Assembly: GCA_963791455.1 (NCBI GenBank)
Contig: CAWBSM010000003.1
Span: 575,068 to 639,067, forward strand
Reading direction: 5' to 3'
Length of the DNA: 64,000 nucleotides
Source: an uncultured Acidimicrobiaceae bacterium
GTDB lineage: Bacteria; Actinomycetota; Acidimicrobiia; Acidimicrobiales; RAAP-2
Position numbers and translations under genes: made by a program. Below, piece by piece: positions 1-8,899 of the stretch (the first letter of the stretch is position 1; each line of letters starts with the position of its first letter). The notes under the pieces are model-generated. The model saw nothing but the letters and a program-made list of their open reading frames with translations, had not been told where the DNA came from and did not search any database.

Positions 1-1033
1 GGAGGTAGTTGTCCCAGGCCAACAAGCTCGCCAGGACCGGGAGCCCCCCGAAGGACGTGTTGGCCGCGAGAGCCAGCACGATGGTGATCGTGATGGACAC
101 GATGTAGTACGCCCAGCTCCGTCCGACGGCCATGGCCATGATCTGGCTGAGCACGGTCTGGCCGGTGCGGGGCCCGATGTGCCAACGCTTGGCCAAGACG
201 GCCAGGCCGAGGAGCATGGCTCCGAGGAGGACGCCGAGGAGCATCTCGGTTTGCTTGGCCCGGACCGTGCGGGGTTCGCGAAAGAGCGGGACACCGTTGG
301 CGATGGCTTCCACACCGGTGAGCGCGCTGCAGCCCGCCGAGAAGGCCTTCAGGATCAAGAGGAACGTCACCGCCTTGAGGCCACTCGTGGGGAGCTGCGA
401 CCTGCCGAGTTGCGATTCGTTCAGGCCCAGGGGATGGACGAGCCCCACGGCGATGATGGCCAGGAGTCCGACGATGAACACCATGGTGGGCAGCAGGAAG
501 GCCCGCGCCGTCTCCCCCAGGCCGCGCAGGTTGAGCAGGGTGATGAAGACAAGGATGCCCAAGCAGAGGGGCACCGTCGCTCCGTCCAGTGAGGGAAAGG
601 CGGACTGGAGCGAGGCCACGCCGGCCGCGATGGAGACCGCGACGGTGAGCGTGTAGTCGACGACCAATGCCGCGGCGGCGACGAGGCTCGTGTGCGCCCC
701 CAGGTTGGCGCGGGACACGGCGTAGGCCCCGCCGCCCATCGGATAGGCGTCGATGACCTGGCGGTAGGAGAAGACGAGGATCGCCAGGAGGGCCACGATG
801 GCGATCGTGATGGGCAGGACCAGGTGGAGCGCCCCGGCCCCCGCGACCGCCAGCACCAAGATGATGGCCTCCGGGCCGTAGGCAACCGACGTCAGCGCAT
901 CGAGCGAGAGCGCCGAGAGACCCTCGACGGGGGTGATCCGATCCTTTCCGGTCCCGCCCCGCGCCGCCTTCCGGGGTGGCCCCACCAACCTGCGCCAGAC
1001 GGCCGAGGCACGGCCGGTGCCGGGGTCTGCCAT
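1..1033 (-). CDS. APC-superfamily amino acid permease, N-terminal part (gene runs off the left edge)
   Basis: Hand translation of the minus strand from ATG at 1033..1031 gives MADPGTGRASAVWRRLVGPP...GLSALSLDALTSVAYGPEAIILVLAVAG...AYPMGGGAYAVSRANLG...VDYTLTVAVSIAAG...LTGVEAIANGVPLFREP. It is open to base 1 with no stop in the window, which explains its absence from the ORF track. It has many hydrophobic helices. Confidence 0.8.
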   Translation of the reverse strand, partial: MADPGTGRASAVWRRLVGPPRKAARGGTGKDRITPVEGLSALSLDALTSVAYGPEAIILVLAVAGAGALHLVLPITIAIVALLAILVFSYRQVIDAYPMGGGAYAVSRANLGAHTSLVAAAALVVDYTLTVAVSIAAGVASLQSAFPSLDGATVPLCLGILVFITLLNLRGLGETARAFLLPTMVFIVGLLAIIAVGLVHPLGLNESQLGRSQLPTSGLKAVTFLLILKAFSAGCSALTGVEAIANGVPLFREPRTVRAKQTEMLLGVLLGAMLLGLAVLAKRWHIGPRTGQTVLSQIMAMAVGRSWAYYIVSITITIVLALAANTSFGGLPVLASLLAWDNYL

Positions 1034-1203
1034 GGAGGCACTCTAGATACGCCCGGGCCCCGAACCGCGGGACGGGGCGCCGTGTGACGTGCTCGACGAG
1101 GAAGGGGCAAATCCGTCGTGGATTAGTGTGCGTCTCTCGTTCGGGCCGATCATTCGCGGGAAAGGCCGGACGAAGGGCAGCAGGGCCTGAGAGGGAGGAC
1201 CGC

Positions 1204-1998
1204 ATGGAGCTGGACACGCTGACGTACGAGGAATCGGAGGGCGTCGCCGTCGTCACGCTCAATCGGCCCGAGGTGCACAACGCCTTCAACGAGACGATGC
1301 AACGAGAGCTTCGAGAGACGTGGCGGTCCCTCCGGACGAACGATGCGGTCAGTGCGGTGGTCCTCACCGCGTCGGGGGAGCGGGCCTTCTGCACCGGGAT
1401 CGACCGGAGCGAGGTGCCCGTCACGGAGTCCGACTACACGTTCAGTCCGTACACCTACGAGGACCCGGGTCGTGACATAGGGCCGCGCAGTCAGGAGTTG
1501 TGGAAGCCGGTCATCGCCGCGGTGAACGGGATGGCGGGTGGCGGCGCCTTCTACCTGCTCGGCGAGTCGGACTTCATCATCGCGTCCGAGAACGCCACGT
1601 TCTTCGACCCCCACGTGACGTACGGCATGCCGGCGGTCTTCGAGCCGACCCTGATGGCCTCGCGCATGCCCTTTGGCGAGCTGATGCGGATGACCCTGAT
1701 GGGCACCCACGAACGGATCTCGGCGCGGCGGGCCGAGATGATGGGCCTGGTCACGCAGGTGGTGCCGCCCGGCGAGCTCTTGGCGGTGGCCCGCGGCGTG
1801 GCGAGCACGATTGCCTCCCAACCCCCGGCCGCGGTGCAGGCGTCTCTGCGGACGTTGTGGGCCACCAGGGATGTGCCCCCCGGACTGGTCACGGAGTTGG
1901 GCAACGTCTTCTTGAACCTTTCGATGAGCGCCCAAGCCCTGCGGGACGGTCAGGAGGTCTTTCTGAAGCGGCGGTCGGAACCACCCACGATCCGGTAG
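1204..1998 (+). CDS. enoyl-CoA hydratase/isomerase (crotonase) family protein
   Basis: Track ORF 976..1998. The conserved crotonase N-terminus begins at internal ATG 1204 (MELDTLTYEESEGVAVVTLNRPEVHNAFN...AAVNGMAGGGAF) behind a gagggagga SD. The upstream part is Arg/Gly-rich read-through. Confidence 0.9.
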   Translation: MELDTLTYEESEGVAVVTLNRPEVHNAFNETMQRELRETWRSLRTNDAVSAVVLTASGERAFCTGIDRSEVPVTESDYTFSPYTYEDPGRDIGPRSQELWKPVIAAVNGMAGGGAFYLLGESDFIIASENATFFDPHVTYGMPAVFEPTLMASRMPFGELMRMTLMGTHERISARRAEMMGLVTQVVPPGELLAVARGVASTIASQPPAAVQASLRTLWATRDVPPGLVTELGNVFLNLSMSAQALRDGQEVFLKRRSEPPTIR

Positions 1999-2072
1999 CA
2001 CGGGGGCTCTCGGCAGCCCCCGGCAGCCCTCGGCCGTACCATCGTCGGTCTGAGCGAGAGGACGGGACTGGA

Positions 2073-2537
2073 ATGGAACTCTGGGAGCTCGCCGCCCGCG
2101 AGGCGTGCCGCGACACGCTGGCGCAGTACAACCACGCCGGTGACCGGTACCTGCTCGAGGAGTTCGCGGCGGCCTTCTGCGAGGACGGTGTCCTCGAGAT
2201 CCGTGGCGAGAAACCGTTACACGGTCGCGCCGCAATCATGGAGCGTTTCGGCGGCGCGGGCGCGGCGACGCAAGCTCGTCAAGCGGCGGCCCGGACCACG
2301 AGCGCAGGGGGTGAGCGGCGCGTCGTCCGCCACAGCGTGACGAACATCCGGTTCGAGTCCGTGACGCCGACCGAGGCCACCGTCGCCAGCTACTTCACCG
2401 TCTTCACCGAGATCGGGCTCGACCACATGGGCCGCTATCGGGACCGCCTCGTGCCCGTGGGCGAGCGGTGGCTGATCGCGCGTCGCTTCGTGTCGACCGA
2501 TTGGCGTTCGCCCGGCACCACCTTCGGGGGAAGGTAG
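2073..2537 (+). CDS. SnoaL-like / NTF2-family protein
   Basis: This is the last 154 codons of track ORF 1500..2537, from ATG 2073 (MELWELAAREACRDTLAQYNHAGDRYLLEEFAAAFCEDGVLEI...RWLIARRFV). The upstream part of that ORF overlaps the crotonase gene out of frame. Confidence 0.8.
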   Translation: MELWELAAREACRDTLAQYNHAGDRYLLEEFAAAFCEDGVLEIRGEKPLHGRAAIMERFGGAGAATQARQAAARTTSAGGERRVVRHSVTNIRFESVTPTEATVASYFTVFTEIGLDHMGRYRDRLVPVGERWLIARRFVSTDWRSPGTTFGGR

Positions 2538-2543
2538 ATGCGC

Positions 2544-4700
2544 TCAGTTGATGAGCGGATCGCGCGGCAGGCCGAGGATACGTTCGCCGATCTGGTTGCG
2601 CTTGATCTCCGAGGTCCCGCCGGCGATCGACATGCCCCGATGCATCAGGACCATCAGCGCAGTCATAGCGCTCTCACCGTCCGCGTAGGCGGTCTCGGGA
2701 CCGCGCACGGCGGCCATGATGGCGGCCGCCTCGTGCCCGATCTCAGAGAGCACGAGCTTGGTGACGTTGCCCTCCGGCCCTGGTCCGCTGCCTTCGACGG
2801 CACGGTGGGCGCTGCGCAGGTTGAGGACCGCCATGGCCTCGCTGCGTGCGAGGTGGCGGCCGATCCGCCCCGCCCCGCCGGACAGGCGCGTGGGGTTGGC
2901 GTCGAAGGGTGCGATGACCATCTCGGCCGGCCTCGTCATGCCGCCTTGGCCGCCGCCGATGGACACGCTCTCGTTGCCGAGCGTGGCCCGGGCGACGGTC
3001 CAGCCCCCGTTCACCGGACCCACCACGTCGTCGTCGGGCACGAAGACGTCGTTGAAGAAGACCTCGTTGAACTCGGACTGGCCGGTGACCATCTTGAGCG
3101 GGCGCACCTCGACGCCCGGCGCGTGCAGGTCGATGACCATGGTCGTGATGCCCTGGTGCTTGGGGACGTCCAGGTCCGTCCGGATGGTGGCGAGCCCGAA
3201 GCCGGCGTAGTGCGCGCCGCTCGTCCACACCTTTTGCCCGTTGACCAGCCAGCCGCCCTCGACGCGAGTGCCCCGGGTCTTGACCCCGGCCGCGTCGCTG
3301 CCGGCGTCGGGCTCGCTGAAGAGCTGGCACCAGATGACCTCCTGGTGCAGGGCGGGCATGACCCAGCGAGCGACCTGGTCCTCGGTGGCGTGCTGGATCA
3401 GGGTCAGGATCACCCAGCTCGTGATGCCGTACTGGGGCCGCGTGATGGCAGCCGCCTTGAACTCCTGCTCGATCACCAGCTGCTCGACCGCCCCGGCGGC
3501 GCGACCCCACGGCGCGGGCCAGTGGGGCATCACGTAGCCCGTCTCGATCATGGCGTCGCGCTGGGCGGCCGCATCGAGGCCGTGCACCCGCCGCGCGAAG
3601 GCGCGCACCTCGTCACGCATCGGCTCGGCTTCGGGCGGCAGGTCGATGGTCCGCGACCGCCGCACGCCCCCGCGCACGAGGTCGGTCACCTCGCGGGCGG
3701 CGTCCTCGGCGTCGACGAGCGCCTCGAGCGCGGTGGCCCGGCGAAGATACAGATGGGCGTCGTGCTCCCAGGTGAAGCCGATGCCGCCGTGCACCTGGAT
3801 GTTGAGCTGCGCGCACTCGTCGCCGGCGGCCAGGGCGAGCGCGGCCGCCATGGCCGCGGTGTAGGTGAGCTGGTCGCCTCCCTCCTCGGCGGCGCGGGCG
3901 GCGTCCCACACGGCCGCGGTGGCCAGCTCGGAGGCGACCAGCATGTTGGCGCAGTGGTGCTTGACGGCCTGGAACATGGCGATGGGCCGGCCGAATTGCA
4001 CGCGCACCTTGGCGTAAGCCGCGGCTTGCTCGGTGCACTCGGTGGCCACGCCCGTGGCCTCGGCGGCGACCAGGAGGCGCGCCAGGTCGACGAGCACCCG
4101 GCGTCCGCCGGGGATCACCTCGACCGGCGCGTCGGCGAGCGTCACTCGGGCAAAGCGGCGCGTCGGGTCGAGGTTGGCCGGCACCGCGACCGTGACGCCG
4201 TCGGCGCCCGGGTCGACCACGACGACGTCCTCCCCCGCCGGCAGCACGAGCACGGTGGCCAGGCCGCCGCCCAGGACCGCCGGCGCCGTCCCGGCGGCCC
4301 GCCCGTCGCGCACCGTGATGTCGGACGTGACGCCCACACCGCCGAGTACGGATCCGTCGGCCAGTCCGGGCAACAGTCGCGCGGACAGGTCATCGGATCC
4401 GACCTCGTTGATGACCGCGCCGGCGATGACCGTCGGCACGAAGGGCCCGGGCGTCACCGCCCGGCCCAGTTCCTCGACGACGACCACCAGTTCGGGGAGG
4501 CCGAAGCCAGAGCCGCCCCGCGCCTCGGGGAGGTGCAGGCCGAGCCAGCCGAGCGACGCCAGGTCGCCCCAGAAGGTCGGGAGGGTCTCGGTCTGGGTTT
4601 CGAGCAGGACCCGGGCGGCCCCTCGGGAATCGTGTTTGGCGAGGAAATCCGAGGCGGTTTGCCCAAGGGCACGATGGTCTTCGGTGATGGCGATGGACAT
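2544..4700 (-). CDS. fused two-domain acyl-CoA dehydrogenase (beta-like N half + catalytic alpha-like C half)
   Basis: 718-aa ORF. The C half has PHWPAPWG, LFSEPDAGSD, GQKVWTSGA and the catalytic-base segment GGTSEIKRNQI. The N half ends GGIGFTWEHDAHLYLRRA without such a segment. There is no SD, and TACTAT lies 6 nt upstream of the ATG. Confidence 0.92.
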   Translation of the reverse strand: MSIAITEDHRALGQTASDFLAKHDSRGAARVLLETQTETLPTFWGDLASLGWLGLHLPEARGGSGFGLPELVVVVEELGRAVTPGPFVPTVIAGAVINEVGSDDLSARLLPGLADGSVLGGVGVTSDITVRDGRAAGTAPAVLGGGLATVLVLPAGEDVVVVDPGADGVTVAVPANLDPTRRFARVTLADAPVEVIPGGRRVLVDLARLLVAAEATGVATECTEQAAAYAKVRVQFGRPIAMFQAVKHHCANMLVASELATAAVWDAARAAEEGGDQLTYTAAMAAALALAAGDECAQLNIQVHGGIGFTWEHDAHLYLRRATALEALVDAEDAAREVTDLVRGGVRRSRTIDLPPEAEPMRDEVRAFARRVHGLDAAAQRDAMIETGYVMPHWPAPWGRAAGAVEQLVIEQEFKAAAITRPQYGITSWVILTLIQHATEDQVARWVMPALHQEVIWCQLFSEPDAGSDAAGVKTRGTRVEGGWLVNGQKVWTSGAHYAGFGLATIRTDLDVPKHQGITTMVIDLHAPGVEVRPLKMVTGQSEFNEVFFNDVFVPDDDVVGPVNGGWTVARATLGNESVSIGGGQGGMTRPAEMVIAPFDANPTRLSGGAGRIGRHLARSEAMAVLNLRSAHRAVEGSGPGPEGNVTKLVLSEIGHEAAAIMAAVRGPETAYADGESAMTALMVLMHRGMSIAGGTSEIKRNQIGERILGLPRDPLIN

Positions 4701-4706
4701 GGCTAA

Positions 4707-4718
4707 ATAGTATCCTCT
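4707..4718. promoter_or_regulatory. AT-rich palindromic box (ATAGTATCCTCT), instance a, in the divergent ACAD/LLM promoter region
   Basis: The sequence aaATAGTATCCTCTatt sits in a 44-bp intergenic region. It gives TATCCT on the plus strand and TACTAT on the minus strand (both TANNNT). The same core recurs at 9809, 12032, 13577, 40471, 46496, 49371 and 54761. Confidence 0.5.
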
Positions 4719-4744
4719 ATTGTTCCGACCGGGAGGAACCGACG

Positions 4745-5779
4745 TTGAAGCTGGGCACCACGGTGAGCATGCGCGATGACCCCGATGCCTTCGCCGCCCA
4801 CGTCCAGCGGTTGGAGGATATCGGGGTCGAGTGCCTCTGGACGGGCGAGGCCTACAGCGCGGACGCGGTCTCCACCATGGGCTTTCTGGCCGCGGTGACG
4901 AGGAAGGCGCAGATCGGATCGAGCATCCTGCCCCTCTACTCGCGCACCCCGACGCTCCTGGCCATGACGGCGGTGGGCCTCGACAAACTGTCCCGGGGAC
5001 GTTGCGTCCTTGGGTTGGGGGCTTCGGGCCCCCAGGTCATCGAGGGTTTCCACGGCGTGCCGTACGACGCGCCGCTGGTGCGGACCAGAGAGATCATCGA
5101 AATCTGCCGCTCGGTGTGGCGGCGCGACCGCTTGGTGTACGAAGGAACCAGCTACCAGGTGCCGCTGCCCGAGGGGCAGGGCACGGGGCTCGGCAAGGCA
5201 CTCAAGATCATGGACCACCCCGTGCGGGCGCGCATTCCCATCTACGTGGCTTCGCTCGGGCCGAAGAACGTCGAGTTGACGGCCGAGCTGGCCGACGGGT
5301 GGCTGCCGCTGCACTACTGGCCGGAGCGGGCTGACGAGGTATGGGGCTCGTCGCTCGCGGCGGGCCGGGCGAAGCGCTGGGAGGACCCGACCCTGGGTCC
5401 GCTCGAGATCGTGGCGGGCGGGTCGCTCGCCATCGGCGACGACGTGGTCGGGCTCCGCGACCGGGATCGCCCCATGCTCGCGTTGTACTTCGGGGGCATG
5501 GGCGCCAAGGGCAAGAACTTCTACAACGACCTGCTGCGGCGCTACGGGTACGAGAAGGAGGCGGAACGGATCCAGGACCTCTACCTGGGTGGCGACCGCA
5601 AGGCGGCGGCGGCGCATGTGCCGTCCGAACTCGTGGCCGGCCTGTCCCTCATCGGCGACGCCGCGTACGTGAAGGACCGCGTCGCCGCCTACCGGGACTC
5701 GGGGGTCACCATCCTCAACGTGCAGCCGGTGGGGCCGAACGGGCTGCGCGACATCGAGACGATCGCCAGCTGGATGTGA
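4745..5779 (+). CDS. LLM-class (luciferase-like), probably F420-dependent oxidoreductase
   Basis: 344-aa ORF with a TTG start behind gggagga. Sequence: MKLGTTVSMRDDPDAFAAHVQRLEDIGVECLWTGEAYSADAVSTMGFLAA...LGLGASGPQVIEGFHG. Confidence 0.9.
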   Translation: MKLGTTVSMRDDPDAFAAHVQRLEDIGVECLWTGEAYSADAVSTMGFLAAVTRKAQIGSSILPLYSRTPTLLAMTAVGLDKLSRGRCVLGLGASGPQVIEGFHGVPYDAPLVRTREIIEICRSVWRRDRLVYEGTSYQVPLPEGQGTGLGKALKIMDHPVRARIPIYVASLGPKNVELTAELADGWLPLHYWPERADEVWGSSLAAGRAKRWEDPTLGPLEIVAGGSLAIGDDVVGLRDRDRPMLALYFGGMGAKGKNFYNDLLRRYGYEKEAERIQDLYLGGDRKAAAAHVPSELVAGLSLIGDAAYVKDRVAAYRDSGVTILNVQPVGPNGLRDIETIASWM

Positions 5780-5949
5780 CGACGGTCACGCCGATTCTCG
5801 CTCGTCCCCTCGTCGACGTGCGCCCCACGCTCGTGAACGGAGCGGCCGGCGTGGTCATCACGATGGGGGGAAGGATCATCGAGATCGACGCCATCGCCGA
5901 TCCCGACCGGATCCCCGCCATTGCGGCCGCGGTCTTCGCCGACGATTGA
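5776..5949 (+). pseudogene. 57-codon ORF resembling only the C-terminal tail of SigJ/ECF41-type sigma factors (remnant or small stand-alone protein)
   Basis: GTG at 5776 overlaps the LLM stop (GTGA). It reads VTTVTPILARPLVDVRPTLVNGAAGVVITMGGRIIEIDAIADPDRIPAIAAAVFADD. The xLVNGAxGVV...GRIxEIDxIADPDR pattern is the end of the SnoaL-like domain of ECF41 sigmas, and no sigma regions are present upstream. Confidence 0.3.
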
Positions 5950-5968
5950 CCAACGTCGCGTGCCGGGT

Positions 5969-5990
5969 GGGGACGGGTGGACCCGTCCCC
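5969..5990. terminator. bidirectional terminator hairpin between convergent genes
   Basis: GGGGACGGG-tgga-CCCGTCCCC forms a 9-bp GC stem directly between the stop at 5949 (+) and the tesB stop at 5992 (-). Confidence 0.6.
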
Positions 5991-5991
5991 A

Positions 5992-6900
5992 TTAGCGGCC
6001 CGCGGGGTGCTCCCGCCCGGCGCGCCGGAGCTCTGCGAGGCCGCGCGGCTCGCGCCCGGCGTTGGTCGTCTGCTCGGCCTCCCGGTTCAGCACCTCCTCG
6101 GCCACTCCCGCCATCGAACCGGGCAAGAGGAGCTGCTCCTGGTACACGGTGGCCCCGAGCACGCCGTGGCGGTCCCGCAACGAGCCGTGGTACGACCCGC
6201 GCGCGCTGCGCGCCTTCACCGGCCGCAGGTCGACGAGCACCCAGTCGTCGGCCCGGACGTCCTCTTGGAACCACAGGGAGTGGTCGATGCTCGGGCCGCC
6301 CCGGCCGATGAGCGACTTGTGTTGCTGGCCGAAGCCGGTGCCGAGGTCCGAGAGGAAGGTCAGCCCGGCCCGGTGCATCAGCGGGTCCGCGCCGAGTGAC
6401 GCCGTGGATCGTACCCACACGCAGTCGGTGAACACGCCTTTGAGGAAGTCGGTCGGCGTGACCTCGCGCACTTCGAGCAACGTGATCCACCCACCCCGGG
6501 GTGTGTCCTCGGGCTCGGGAGTCGTCCGCCTGGGCGCGTCGTCGAAGTGGCCACCGTCGCTCTCGGTGTGGAACGAGGTGATCATGGAAAAGATGACCTC
6601 GCCCTCCTGGACGGCGACCACATGGCGGGCCGAGAACGAACGCCCGTCGCGGTCACGGTCGACCTCGAGGATGACCGGTACGTCACTGCGCCCGGCACGC
6701 AGGAAGTAGCCGTGGAGGGAGTGGGGCAGGCGTCCCGGCTCGACCGTGGCCGCGGCCGCCAGGAGGCACTGCGCCGCGACCTGGCCGCCGTACAGGGTCT
6801 GGCGTGGTCCGAAGTTGGCGTTGCGGCCGCGGAAGAGGTCACGGTCCACCCGCTCGAGGGTCAGCAGGGAAGGTAGGTCCTCGGCGAGGTCGAGCTCCAT
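5992..6900 (-). CDS. tesB: acyl-CoA thioesterase II
   Basis: Track ORF 5992..6969. The conserved part starts at ATG 6900: MELDLAEDLPSLLTLERVDRDLFRGRNANFGPRQTLYGGQVAAQCLLAAAATV...HSLHGYFLRAG...RDGRSFSARHVVAVQEGEVIFSMITSFH. Confidence 0.9.
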   Translation of the reverse strand: MELDLAEDLPSLLTLERVDRDLFRGRNANFGPRQTLYGGQVAAQCLLAAAATVEPGRLPHSLHGYFLRAGRSDVPVILEVDRDRDGRSFSARHVVAVQEGEVIFSMITSFHTESDGGHFDDAPRRTTPEPEDTPRGGWITLLEVREVTPTDFLKGVFTDCVWVRSTASLGADPLMHRAGLTFLSDLGTGFGQQHKSLIGRGGPSIDHSLWFQEDVRADDWVLVDLRPVKARSARGSYHGSLRDRHGVLGATVYQEQLLLPGSMAGVAEEVLNREAEQTTNAGREPRGLAELRRAGREHPAGR

Positions 6901-7036
6901 CAGTCCCGGACCCGTCCGGCCCGTCTGCGGGATCGGGCCTGGTCGTGCATGCGTCCCATTCTCGACCATTTGCCCGCGGGTTGCGCCGCCCAGGTCAGAA
7001 CAAGAGGAGACGTCTCCCGCCGGACGAAGAGCGAGG

Positions 7037-7840
7037 TCACGGGGTCTCCGCGTGCGCTCGCACCTGCCCCGCCAGGAAGGCCTCGTGGTCGGCGGCCCGC
7101 TCGGCCAGGATCCCGAAGACTTCTGCGTGGGTCGGGACCAAGAAAATGTCGTTCCGGATGGCGTCGAGGACCCGGACCGCGACCTCTTCGGGCTCGAGAA
7201 CCGCCAGGGGTGGCGTGTGAATCGGTCCGATCGGACCGAAGACCTGGACCTGCTCGGCGATGTTCGTCTTCACCGGCCCCGGACAGAGGCAGGTCACCCC
7301 CACGCCCCGGGGCCGGGCGTAGATCGCCAACGACTCCGAGAGCGCGATCACCGCCGCTTTGCTCGAGGCGTAGGGGATCCGGTCCGGTGAGTAACCCCAC
7401 AGGCCTGCGGTGGACGCCGTGTTGACGATGTGGCCCCGTCCCCGTTCGAGCATCTCGGGCAGGAAGGCGTGGATGCTCCGGGCGACGGAGAGCACGTTGA
7501 CGTTGAACGTGCGCTCCCACGCCGCGAGCGGGATGTTCTCGGGAGCGCCCAGCATCAGGATCCCGACGTTGTTCATCACAATGTCCACCGCCCCGAACGT
7601 TTCCACTGCGGCAGCGCGCAGCGCAGCAACGTCGTCGTCGGAGGCCACGTCGCAGCGGCAGCCGATGGCCCGACCTCCGCCGGCCGTGATCTCGTCGCAC
7701 GCGGACCGCATGCGCTCGTCATGGATGTCGGCGATCACCACGGCGGCCCCCGCCGCGGCCAGCGCCCGTGCGGTGCTCAGACCGATGCCACTCGCTCCGC
7801 CGGTGACTACGGCGACGCAGCCGTTCAGGTCCTCGATCAC
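7037..7840 (-). CDS. SDR-family oxidoreductase
   Basis: Has VAVVTGGASGIGLSTARAL (TGxxxGxG), NNVGI and YASSKAAV (YxxxK). Confidence 0.92.
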   Translation of the reverse strand: MIEDLNGCVAVVTGGASGIGLSTARALAAAGAAVVIADIHDERMRSACDEITAGGGRAIGCRCDVASDDDVAALRAAAVETFGAVDIVMNNVGILMLGAPENIPLAAWERTFNVNVLSVARSIHAFLPEMLERGRGHIVNTASTAGLWGYSPDRIPYASSKAAVIALSESLAIYARPRGVGVTCLCPGPVKTNIAEQVQVFGPIGPIHTPPLAVLEPEEVAVRVLDAIRNDIFLVPTHAEVFGILAERAADHEAFLAGQVRAHAETP

Positions 7841-7862
7841 CGCCGCGCTCTTTCGGAGAGCG

Positions 7863-8885
7863 TCATCGGCCCCGCGCCACCCGTACCCAGTCGCTCCAGG
7901 TCTCGATACGCCGCCACATCAGCTCCCGGGTCCCCGCGAAGTTGTGCATGTGCGCCATCCGAGGGCAAATGAAGAGGTCCACGCTGCGGGACGACAGGTA
8001 CGCCCGCGGCTCGCCCCGAGGGTCGACCAGCACGTCGCGTTCGCCGGCAGCGACGAGAACCGGGCAGCGAATGGCGGCCGCCTCCGGCTGGACCCCACCA
8101 GGGATCACGCACCAGAGGGCGACCGTCATCGGGACCGTCGCCGAGCCCCACGGGGGGACGTCTCCCTTACGGTTCGGGAAGTCCTCCAGGTCGCGCGCGA
8201 CGATCTCGGGATCGACGTCGTCGTAGTGGAAGCCCCAGGCCATGGCCGCCGCAGCCGGACTGTCCGCCGGGTCGAGCTCGGCCAGCGCCAACCCGTTGGT
8301 GATGACGCCGTCGGAGGGCATGGTGTCGCGGGGCATCCAGGGCATGGCGATGGGCGGTGTGCCGGGTGCGGTCGGTGGATGCGTGTGCACCGCGCTGCAC
8401 CCGAGCACCCCGATGCCGTCGTACCCGTGGTAGCGGCCCTGCTGCACGACGAGCAGAGCGCCGCCCATCGACTGGCCGATGCCGATCGTCACCGGTCGCT
8501 CGACCCTGGGGTAGCCGTCGATGAGGGTGCCTGCCGCCAGCTTCTGCAACACTTCGGTCTCGGCGGCCTGACTCGCCGCCACCACCGGGGTGTAGCTCAG
8601 TCGCTCCGGGTCGTGCTGCGAGCTTTCGCCCACGCCGAGATGGTCCACCGAGACGAAGATCCAGCCGCGCTCCGCGTGCCAAGCCGCCTGGGCACCGGAG
8701 CCCGGGCCCGGTAGGTCCTCGGTGAAGTAGCCCCGGGCGTACCCGCCGCCGGGCTTGGCGAAGCAGACAAGCGGATCGATCCCGAGCTCGTCGGGGACGG
8801 TCACGGTGAGTGCGACGTGTGCGGGCTCGCCGAGGCCCGCCGCCTCGGTGACGTCGACCTGGAGCTGCACGTCCATCGATGACAC
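7863..8885 (-). CDS. alpha/beta hydrolase
   Basis: 340-aa ORF with the nucleophile elbow GIGQSMGG. It is tightly spaced with the flanking SDR genes (same-strand operon 9658->5992). Confidence 0.85.
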   Translation of the reverse strand: MSSMDVQLQVDVTEAAGLGEPAHVALTVTVPDELGIDPLVCFAKPGGGYARGYFTEDLPGPGSGAQAAWHAERGWIFVSVDHLGVGESSQHDPERLSYTPVVAASQAAETEVLQKLAAGTLIDGYPRVERPVTIGIGQSMGGALLVVQQGRYHGYDGIGVLGCSAVHTHPPTAPGTPPIAMPWMPRDTMPSDGVITNGLALAELDPADSPAAAAMAWGFHYDDVDPEIVARDLEDFPNRKGDVPPWGSATVPMTVALWCVIPGGVQPEAAAIRCPVLVAAGERDVLVDPRGEPRAYLSSRSVDLFICPRMAHMHNFAGTRELMWRRIETWSDWVRVARGR

Positions 8886-8899
8886 CGTGGCGTCGTGCT

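Noticed and set aside
1034-1203. Copy of the recurrent box at cactCTAGATACgc upstream of the permease gene
   Set aside because: It matches only AGAGTG on the minus strand and lacks the ATCCT core.
2538-4706. 722-aa plus-strand ORF exactly mirroring the ACAD gene
   Set aside because: It is a shadow ORF typical of high-GC DNA. The product is Arg/Gly/His/Asp/Pro-rich with no recognisable motifs, while the minus-strand product has clear ACAD motifs.
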